In this document: one piece after another, positions 12,469 to 24,400 of the stretch
Numbering within the stretch: the stretch's first letter is position 1
Layout: the number at the start of each line of letters is the position of its first letter
Origin: Antedon mediterranea
Lineage: Eukaryota > Animalia > Echinodermata
Assembly: GCF_964355755.1 (NCBI RefSeq)
Contig: NC_092674.1
Span: forward strand, 28,024,001-28,088,000
Length of the DNA: 64,000 bases
Reading direction: 5' to 3'
The notes under the pieces: generated by a model
Database searches by the model: none
The model's input: only the letters and a program-made list of their open reading frames with translations
What the model was told of the DNA's origin: nothing
Translations under genes and position numbers: made by a program

Positions 12469-15400
12469 GTTAAACATTATGTTTAATTTAAAAGAGTGTT
12501 AGTTATAGAGTAGTAGTAATGACATCACTGATGTCATTACTATCAACTGTAGGAGGTATGCAGCCTAGCTAGGGAGTAGGAGCCTCTGAGTCTAGCTAGC
12601 TAGGCTAGCTAGCCTAGCCCTAATAGATAGGGCCTAGGCCGCGCGCGAACGAATTGGAATCTGCTCCCACTATCCATGTACTACTAAAAAAACGCTCATC
12701 GTCGTCGTATTAGGCGTGGTGTAGGCCTAGCTAGTGCATCTGTGGTGTAAATGTGAGTGTGCACAATATTAAGTTAAGCAATAAAATGGTGTAATGCACT
12801 TGTCAATTGTATGACTCACTATACGACCCCCGGGAGAGGTGCGTCATGGGTGTGTCATTTACAAATAATTACTGACGCAGGGGTGCGTCAAAAAACCTAG
12901 ATGGTACGTCACATCAATGAACAAGGTGTGTCAATGTCCGTCACTTTACCACCCACCATATCATAAACAACATGGTCACAGTGTGTCAAAATGGGTGCGT
13001 CATGGTCACCTAAAGGTAAGTCACCTTTTTGACGCACGGGTGCGTCATGGTATTCGAAAGTATGACGCACATCGGACAAATGACGCACCTCTCCCGGGGG
13101 TCGTATTGTGGGTCATACAATTGACAAGTGCATAATCATTGACCCACTTAATAATTATACTTAGACAGGCTAAACTACAATGATTATGAAAAGAAACTGG
13201 TGCTTCCTTGATTAATTGATAATAATATTTTAATTATTAAATAAATTAATAATACACATTTTTCAAACAAACAAATGAACTTTTTATTAATCTAATATGA
13301 AACTCAATAGTTTGGATATAATTTAGGTGAGTTGATTAAAATTGTAGTGTTATTGCACACCTTGTATTGTAGACTAAAAAAAGTGATGTCATATTTTCTT
13401 TTTAATTTAGGATTATGAAACACTTTGTTGGTTGTCAATATTTACCTCTCACAATATTTTCTCACAAACTATTAGTGTAATTGCATACAATTTTAGATTT
13501 CTATATTTTGAATGTTTCAGGTGTTGTCAATCAAAATGGACATATCGCTATAGTTACAGGTGGTGCTTCTGGTATTGGTTTTGAAACTACTAAAAAGTTA
13601 TGTACTAATGGAATGAGAGTTTTTATTGGTAAGTTAAAGCTCAACGTTATGTGATATGCCCATATATGGACATGGTGAGTGGTGTCATATTTAATGTTTT
13701 AAGATAAAACTGTGTCGGTGGTAATCGCACGGGTACGTGCAAAACTGGGGAATAAAGAGGAAACGAAACAACTCAACTACTTGTGCAACAATCTTTATTA
13801 TTTTGTGACTATTAACATAAAACAAAGCACAACACACATTAAATCATATCACTTCCATATTTAAGCATATCACTACCATATTTTAGAAAATCACACTTTT
13901 TTTGTCAAACTAGTTTGATAGTGTAAACATAGCTTAAATACATGCTTATGTACATGTACACTTAAAACTCAAATATTGTAATATTGTTATATCCTATGGA
14001 TTTCAAGCATCATTATCCTTCCCCACAACTTTATTATCACAAAATCATTAAAAAAAGCTACCGCATACAATTTTGCGTTCAGTGACTGGTACAAAAATAT
14101 TATTCAGAATGTCAATATTCTTGCAAAAGCTTTTACTTTAATTAAAAATAGAGCTGGCAAGATATTAACTGTTTGATTCTATCGAGAATAAATATATGAT
14201 ATATTAGAATTAAATCTTTTAAGAGCCTCTGATACAAATAGAGCATTTACTATTGATATTTAAAAAAGGATATCGAAAATGTTAATACCACTGTAGAAGT
14301 TACTGCAACACTTACTCAACTACAACACTCACTCAACTACAACACTTACTCAACTACAACACTTACTCAACTACAACACTTACTCAACTACAGCACTCAA
14401 CTACAACACTTACTCAACTACAGCACTCAACTACAACACTTACTCAACTACAACACTCAACTACAACACTCGCTCAACTACAACACTTACTCAACTACAA
14501 CACTAAACTACAACACTCACTCAACTACAACACTTACTCAACTACAACACTTACTCAACTACAGCACTCAACTACAACACTTACTCAACTACAGCACTCA
14601 ACTACAACACTCACTCAACTACAACACTCAACTACAACACTCACTCAACTACAACACTTACTCAACTACAGCACTCAACTTACAACACTCACTCAACCTA
14701 CAACACTCACTCAACTGCAACACACACTCATTCAAAGGTGCTTTTCAACCAACACTCTCACTCTTTGTAGACCCTCTGATATAAATAAAGCTTTCATAAT
14801 TGAATAAGATAGGATACGGAAAACAAATGGCTAGTACCACTGACGGGGTCACTGACGCTTACTCAACCAGCACTAGACTACAACACTGCACAGCAGTCTA
14901 CTTGATTCTAGGGCTTATTTGACTGTTGTGAATTTACTATAGCGCTTATTCCACGTCAATTGCAGAGCTTAATTAACTGCGGCGCTTATTCCACATCACT
15001 ATTCAGTCATTTGCTGCAATAATTCTATTCATACAGTATTTCAGCTTTTGCAACTTATTATATTACTTCGCTTCTTTTGTGATTTAAGCACTTATCTTAA
15101 TGAATTGTTATTTTATGCTTATGTCTAGCAATAACAGTTAATAACAAATCCTTTGGATTTTTTTTGCATTAATCATCTTTACAGAAGTCATTTGTTACAA
15201 AATGTTTATTAAACTGAAACCTGAAATGAGATAATGTATTAAATTTGTAAATTAGATTTAGATTAGGCTTGAATATCTAGTTGCATGTGTACTGCTGTTA
15301 CAAAGGCAGAATGAGTTACTTAAATGTGCCAAGCTAAATAGGGTGTCTAGAAAACTCAGATCTAGAAAACTCAGATCTCAGATATATCTGAGTTTTCTAG

Positions 15401-18400
15401 ATCTAGAAAACTCAAATATCAATATCAATCAATAACACCCAGCTAAATAGTAAACCTGCGTAAGCTTGTTTCCTAGGACGCAATGCAAGTACATAGACGC
15501 AACACTAAAGATACACAAGCAACAGTTTAAAAATCAATTCTGTTGCACTAAAGCTCTGTCTACACTATCAAACTAGTTTGACAAAAGAAGTGTGATGTGC
15601 CCAAATATGGTATAGTGATATGGCATCATGTCTATATATGGGCACATCAAATTTTGTTGTCATGTAAAGTTGTAGATAGAGCTTAATACAGCCTTGTTTG
15701 CATCCTAGTGTCAACAGAGCTGTAGCTCAAATGACACTATTAAAATACAACTTCAATTTTCTCACAAATGTAGAACAGTTTAGAAAAATAACCTAGTAGT
15801 ATCAAACGACAAATGATGCGTTATAAAAATACTGCATTGCAATTTGTAATCTAATCCCTTGTATCCATCAGAAAAAAGTAATTTACTTTCAGTTATTTTC
15901 TTTTATAATTGGAAATATACGTTACGATAAATTGTTTTCCTGATACGGAGAATGTAGGTGATGTACGTTATAGATTCAACCTTTATAAATAGGGTTTTTA
16001 TGGCTTTTTTCACTTCCAATCTTCGATATATAAAGTTTTGTTAGAAGTTATTGCCACTGTATTTTTATGGTCATTTTTTATTAGACGTTCTTTTCCCTAA
16101 ATTATGGTAAATTATGACGGAGCTAGAAATGCTCCTTAATTGTTATTTTTCTGTATTAGTAGTAGTATTAGTACTCTTATACTCTTTCCACATCTGCATA
16201 AATTGTTACAACTTGTAACAAGTTGTAACCAGGTTGGATCTCTTAACGTTTATACACACGCATACATAAACCTTGAGAAAAGTTGCGCGCTATTTGATTT
16301 GATCAAATTTTATGTGACAAAAAATGTGATGTGCCCAGTGATGGACATGATGATGTCATATCACTAACATATCTGGGCATATCACTACTATATTTGGGTA
16401 CATCACAATTTTGTTGTCAAACTATTTTGATATTGTTGACAGAGCTTAAGGTCACATATTTTTAACACCCCATTTCATTCTTTTATAATTCTTCAAGTTG
16501 TAACTAAACATTATTATCATAGATCAGATCAGTTTTAATTTAACCGAGATTAGTGTTTAAGTCGTTTGTAAACGATAGTGTTATTTGCTATATTCGATAA
16601 ATATGTATTAAGTATCCATTACAAATTATTTGTACTTAAGAGCTATCCACCAACATTTGATATAAGACATAGCAAATATAATATCAAACAACTTAAAGGC
16701 CAAATGACTTATCATGGTTCAGTAAAGCATGATTGTGAATACAGAAATATACAGATACACCTGCTTGTCGTGTACAGTTAACTATAAAAATACAATAAAA
16801 CGTCATTGATTCCAATGCAAGGGACACATTTATTACCTGTTGAAATGTTAGGTTTTAGAAATTATGTTTATTTTTGTGTTTCACTTTAATAAGTCAAGTT
16901 TATTCTCGTTTACTGCAGTTACCGCAGTATCAACCTGATATGCAATTATTTAGCCAGTATTTTTTGGTTTTATGCTTATTGCATACGTTACTGCAGTAAA
17001 AAATTGTACTTACTGCAGTAAAGTAATGTTTTAAAAAACCTAGTCCATAGCATCCCTGTCGAATGAGCACAGTTTGGAGGCAGCTGTCTTTCACAAAGAC
17101 CATTAAGCTCTGTCCACACTATCAAACATTATGTGACAAAAAAATGTGATGTGTCCATATGGACATGATGAGCATTTGAGCATATCACTACCATTTTAGG
17201 ACACATCAAACTTTTTTAGTCAAACTAGTTCGATAGTGTATACAGAGCTTTAGTGAAGATTAAAGTTGTTTTATGTGCCGTCCACGTCTGCATCGTATGT
17301 AATTCAGTCCAGTTGGACTGTGATACAGTACACAGACTATTTTTTCCGACATTTAATGACATAACAAGGTATTATTTTAGGCTACTACTATCAGATCAAC
17401 CAACATTTTAGTTTAGTTTAAACAGAATCGCTGAGCAAATTCTTTGCTAACCTATAAATGTTTGATTTAATTTATTGATGTCATTGGTTTAGACTGTGTG
17501 AACGGAGCTTAACACAAATTAGCTTGGGTATCATACATAAGCTTTAAGAATGAACAAGTTCAGGGAATCTGGATCAAGGGCAGTGTTTCAGTAAAAAGCT
17601 AGCTAATTTCTCTAAAAGGATTTTGGCAGAAAGACAAAGTAGTTAGAGAAAAATATTAGAAGTACAGTAATCTCAAATATTTTATTTTCTAAATCAACAA
17701 TTTGTTGATGATGTGTAATTTTAATTTTGAAATCTTTCATCAAATTTTGACAAAAAACCCTTCAGGACATGGATCTATAAATATCGTGATATATATGACA
17801 GATCCGATGATAACAAACTTTTTTACTTAAATGATTAATAGAAACTTCTATTAATTTCAACTGATTGGTGAATTCAACTGAATTCGTAGAAATTGCTGGA
17901 TCCCCTTTAGTACTGTTTTCTGCATCAAATCAAATTAATTACAGTGAGTTTCTGGTATTCTGGTGTGTGTCTACAAGACTTTTTATATATTGTTAATTCA
18001 TCAGATATTGTCTATTGAACTGATATGGTTTTGTTTATTACAGTACAGTACATACAGCACTTTATGTTATGTTATTTATTTATTATTCAAAATTTGTTGT
18101 TTTGTTTTTGACGATATCAAATTTTTATTTTCTTTTAAGTTCTGTTATTTATTTGTTAATTTCGTAGCTTAAGTTAGTTAAGATAAAAGGTACCAAGCTT
18201 GATTAGCTTCGGCTATACCTTGGCTACCTTTTTTATTGAAATTGTTTTTGTTTGATACAATAAAGAAGAAGAAGAAGAAGAAGAAGATTTAATTTTTTTT
18301 AAATAAATAATTATAAGTACTTTGTAAAAGTTTTATTGACCAAATAAGCTTTTTTATTTTAGCTTCTAGAAGTGAGGAGGAAGCAAATGATGCAATTGAA

Positions 18401-21400
18401 AGGATCCGCCGAGATGATCCAGAAGCATCAGTGGAATGGATGTACTTGGACTTGGCATCATTGATGTCTGTCCGTAGATGTGCCAGTACATTCAAGTCTT
18501 ACGACTTACCTCTTCATGTTTTAGTGAATAACGGTAAGAATGACCATAGATAGATAAATAAAACAATCTAAGCGCAAATGTTTCTAATATGGCACGCAAA
18601 ATAATGAATCTTCTGGAACAATGTTTTATTAGCTATGTCAAATCATAAAGTTTCTCATCAATTAAGATGAAATATTTATCAAGTTAGTATTTATATTATA
18701 TTACAGGTAGTAAAAACTATCCAAAAAAAATATTATCATTTAAACTATTTATTTATTTATTTTTTTTTAAATTCAAGAAACAAAATTTATCTGTGGTGCA
18801 AAAAGAAAAACTTGACGAATTAAAAGATATCAGTTTTTTAGAATGTTGTATGACTTGGTTGACACTAGCTTCATCTAAAGTCATCTCAAATCACAAATCA
18901 TTTCAATTCAAAACATATTATACATTTTTTAATTAAAAAAAGTGAAATTGGCCCAGAGATTTTAGAATCAACACCGTAATCAAAACCGATTGTCGGATCA
19001 AAAAATGAACATCAGAGATGATTGATGTTGACGTTGTCTTGGAGACGTTTAATTGATGCCTTTCCTTCGGTTTGCATCAAAAAAACGGAAATTGAGGGAT
19101 TGTCTTTCCGTCTAATTATTGCAAAAAAAATTGGCAATGTTTGCATTTTATATTAATTTGAACAGTCCACTGAGAAAAATATGGATACAATTTTTGCTTC
19201 TTATGATAAAGTTAATTGTAAATAAAGAAAAAGTTAAGAGGTTTTTTTCAGATATTAACTTTACATTCTACTGAGAACAAAAATTACGATTTTCTTGCAG
19301 TGAGGTTTGACCAAAGGTGCATTTATTTTAATTTTAAATTAAATAAATTAGCTAAAGTAAGTAATTACTAATAGTAAGCATAGTAATAATAATTCAGGTT
19401 TAATCTACCAAGTCTATAAAAGAGTGCCAACTGTAGCCATCCAACAAGTGATGATATCTTTTTGTATATTTTGTGCCTAGCTTACCTGGATAAACCAACA
19501 ATAGCCTCTCTCCCCAAAGAGAGGAAGAACTTTAACATATAAAAATATATTGCATCCCATTTGATAATGGTATACTGTAGCCATCCAACATGTGGATGAA
19601 ATGTAGTGATGATATCTTTTAGTCTATTTTGTGCCTAGCTTACCTGGATAAACCAACAATAGCCCCTCTCTCCAAAGAGAGGAAGAACATATAAAAATAT
19701 ATCGCACCCCGTTGGATAATGGTATAATCCGGCGCACTGAAGTGATTTATGATCTTTTACTTTAATTTTAGTCCACAGTCAGTGTAGAGCATAATGTACC
19801 TTGTTGTAATCTACAGTATTTAGTTTAGAAATATGCAATTTTTTTATTTATTTGTTGGTTTTTAGGTTAGAGTAAAGTTAAAGGAGAGTCATCTTTCTAT
19901 TATGTTTCATTTAGGTTGAAAAGGACGCAACTTAGTAGATTTATTATGATTATGGGTAATATTGTAACTAGTTGTATCCAGAATTACAGAAGCCTACTGT
20001 AGCATAATACTACAAGGGAGCCCTCAGTTTCATTAAATAAAAAAAATTACTAATTTTCTTTTTGCTTTATTTCCCTCAAATACATATTGCTATTTTTATT
20101 TATTTCTATTTATTATTGTACTACATTATGACTTCATAACAAACCAAAATCCATATTAAGCTCTGTCTACACTATATCAAACAAGTTTGATATAAAAGTG
20201 TGAGGTGCCCACATACTGTATGGTAGTGATGTGCTTACAATATGCATGGTAGTCACATCATGTTCATTTACTGTATGGGCACATCACATTTTTTGTCACA
20301 TATGATAAAGTTTGATAGTGTAGACAGAGCTTTAAAAATTCAGTCAAAGCTAAAGATAGACAACCCATTTTATGTAGATAGTTGTGATTTTAGCCAATTT
20401 CAAATGTCCTCGTATCTAAATGTCCATCTTGATATTCATGAATTATTTGAGATGCATGCATTTGTATGTTTCCTCTAGAAATGAAAAATTATATAAAATA
20501 ACTACGTGTTTGAGTCAAGTATTGAGTTCAGTACATACTCTTACGAATTTTTGACCTACCATTTTTCGTCCTTCATTGCAATATAGGCAACTATTGCCAT
20601 TATTAGTTGACACTCTGTCAAATTTAAATGTCAAACCAAGACATTTCTGTACCTGTGTTTTAATAGAAAAAATTTGATCAAATTTGTGATAAATCTTGTC
20701 AGTACAAAAAGTAAAATCTAATTTATTGTAGTTTTTTTCTTATTATATGCATTAGTATGGCTCATTCTGACATTTATACATTTCATTTGCTGATTAAAGC
20801 AAAACCTCAAATGAGAATTCTAATCTTATTATAGCTCTGTCTACACTATTATTACTGTAGTTTGACAATCTTTTAGTCCATTTCGTGCCTAGCTTACCTG
20901 GATAAACCAACAATAGCGTCTTTTTCTCCAAAGAGAGGAAGAATTTTAACATACAAATATATTGCAAATATAAGCTCTGTCTACAAAAGTACTGTAGTTT
21001 GACAAAAAATTGTGATGTGCCTAAATATGGTAGTGTTGTGCTTAATGTTAATACAGTAATATGACATCATTATGTCCATATATATAAGTTTGATGGTGTA
21101 AACAGAGATTTAGAAGTGTATACATCCAATTCACTGCATTAGTTTATAAATGGCTGTACTGGTAACAAAAAGTTGATGAAAGTACGCAAAGTGAAAATAT
21201 CATAACAAAATAAGTAATAAGTAAAATAATAAATAGAGAAAATATACAATAAAAATAGAAATCAATTTAAAGCTCTGTCTACATCAAACTTTATGTGACA
21301 AAAAAATGTGATGTGCCCATATTAGGGACTAGATGATGTCATATCACTACAATATTTGAGAATATCAGTACCATATTTGTTTTTGGACACATCACACTTT

Positions 21401-24400
21401 TTTTGTCAAAGTAGTTTAGTAGTGTAGACAGAGCTTTAGAAAACTTAATTTGTACATACTGTGGAGTAGGAAAGTATACATCTACATATGAACAACAAAA
21501 CAGTTTATACAATTTGTACATACTGTGGAGTAAGAAAGTATACATCTACATATGAAAAACAAAACAGTTATACAATTTGTACATACTGTGGAGTAAGAAA
21601 GGATACATCTACATATGAAAAACAAAACAGTTTATACAATTTGTACATACTGTGGAGTAGGAAAGTATACATCTACATATGAAAAACAAAACAGTTATAC
21701 AATTTGTACATACTGTGGAGTAAGAAAGTATACATCTACATATGAAAAACAAAACAGTTATACAATTTGTACATACTGTGGAGTAAGAAAGGATACATCT
21801 ACATATGAAAAACAAAACAGTTTATACAATTTGTACATACTGTGGAGTAGGAAAGGATACATCTACATATGAAAAACAAAACAGTTATACAATTTGTACA
21901 TACTGTGGAGTAGGAAAGTATACATCTACATATGAACAACAAAACAGTTATACAATGTGTACATACTGTGGAGTAGGAAAGTATACATCTACATATGAAC
22001 AACAAAACAGTTATACAATTTGTACATACTGTGGAGTAGGAAAGGATACATCTACATATGAACAACAAAACAGTTATACAATTTGTACATACTGTGGAGT
22101 AGGAAAGTATACATCTACATATGAACAACAAAACAGTTATACAATTTGTACATACTGTGGAGTAGGAAAGGATACATCTACATATGAACAACAAAACAGT
22201 TATATACAATTTGTACATACTGTGGAGTAAGAAAGGATACATCTACATATGAAAAACAAAACAGTTATACAATTTGTACATACTGTGGAGTAAGAAAGGA
22301 TACATCTACATATGAAAAACAAAACAGTTATACAATTTGTACATACTGTGGAGTAGGAAAGTATACATCTACATATGAACAACAAAACAGTTATATACAA
22401 TTTGTACATACTGTGGAGTAAGAAAGGATACATCTACATATGAAAAACAAAACAGTTATACAATTTGTACATACTGTGGAGTAAGAAAGGATACATCTAC
22501 ATATGAACAACAAAACAGTTATACAATTTGTACATACTGTGGAGTAGGAAAGTATACATCTACATATGAAAAACAAAACAGTTATACAATTTGTACATAC
22601 TGTGGAGTAAGAAAGTATACATCTACATATGAAAAACAAAACAGTTATACAATTTGTACATACTGTGGAGTAAGAAAGGATACATCTACATATGAACAAC
22701 AAAACAGTTATACAATTTGTACATACTGTGGAGTAGGAAAGGATACATCTACATATGAAAAACAAAACAGTTATACAATTTGTACATACTGTGGAGTAGG
22801 AAAGTATACATCTACATATGAACAACAAAACAGTTATACAATTTGTACATACTGTGGAGTAGGAAAGTATACATCTACATATGAACAACAAAACAGTCAT
22901 ATATAATTTGTACATACTGTGGAGTAGGAAAGGATACATCTACATATGAACAACAAAACAGTTATATACAATTTGTACATACTGTGGAGTAGGAAAGTAT
23001 ACATCTACATATGAACAACAAAACAGTTATATATAATTTGTACATACTGTGGAGTAGGAAAGGATACATCTACATATGAACAACAAAACAGTTATATACA
23101 ATTTGTACATACTGTGGAGTAGGAAAGGATACATCTACATATGAACAAGAAATATTTCTTACAAAAAACGCCGCGTAACTTTTTGACTGGACAGTTGTAA
23201 GAACAGTCTTCATTAATCTAATATAATAGGTCGGCCAATCAAAACGCAAGTGAACAATTGGGACTTTACTTGTGATTTATGTCATTGGCCTGTCAGCACA
23301 GTCGTTTCTTTCTAGAATTAAACGCACAAATTTGTATTGGGAATAATGTATGTGGTTATTACTATCGCATTTAGGTATTGATAATAATAATAATATGGCT
23401 TTTGAATATATAATTACTGTCTGTAGAATAACATTTATACATTTTCGGTTCGCAATGAAAAGTTATATGAATGGATTTGTAATAGGTATTTATAATAATA
23501 GTATATGGGTTGTATTATTGCTAAGCTATCACCAAATCGCGTTATAACATTATTTCTCAGGGTTTTTTGCACCATTGATCAATACCAAACGCGTATCGGT
23601 ATTATAGTTTTTAATGAATCATTACATTAATAAAAATACCCAATTAAATCAATCGCGTCAGTCCAATTCCGACTTATGTTTCGATCACATAGTTCTGTGT
23701 CTACACTGTCCCAACTAGTTTAACAAAAAAAGTGTGATGTGCCCAAATATGGTAGTGATATGCCCGATTATCGTAGTGATATGACATCGTCATGTCTATA
23801 TAATATGGGCACATCATATTTTATTTAGTTTGATAGTATAGACAGAGCTTAAGGATTATATTAAAAAAATGTTTTCTTACATTTTGAACGGAAGTATTTA
23901 TTTGTTTATAAGCCCAATTTTCCAGTCTTAATTTTACATTTTGAAAAAAAGTATTTATTTGTTTATAAGCCCAATTTTCCAGTCTTAATTTTACATTTTG
24001 AAAAAAAGTATTTTATTTGTTGATAAGCCCAACTGTGCAGTCTTATTTTACATTTTGAACGAAAGTATTTATTTGTTGATAAGCCCAATTTTGCAGTCTT
24101 ATTTTACATTTTAAACGAAAGTATTTATTTGTTGATAAGCCGAATTTTCCAGTTTAATAATAATGACCCCTTCCACAGTGCTTATACCATATACATTTTA
24201 CATGATATTGACCGTGGGTTCTTTACGCCTCTGATGCATTTGTTTTTATTGTACCTTTTTAATAAATTATTATATGTTTAGGCCTAATCACACCCAATTT
24301 AATGAAACGGTCAGATTCCGATTTCAATTGAACGAAAGTAGTACTGTATTTATTATTCATTGATAAGCCAAGGGTCCCATGGCGTTAGCCGATATCTTGA

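Noticed and set aside
19478-19495. U1 snRNA gene suggested by CTTACCTGG
   Set aside because: Similarity limited to about 9 nt; no U1 stem-loops or Sm site follow
21488-22939. Cys/Tyr-rich ORFs on both strands ([11 protein letters not shown] repeats) resembling zinc-finger arrays
   Set aside because: Translations of a 63-bp satellite; broken by 1-2-nt indels, no splice signals or unique domains
21447-23148. CRISPR-like appearance of the 63-bp and 33-bp (63180-63830) arrays
   Set aside because: No unique spacers, no cas genes, eukaryotic intron-containing context
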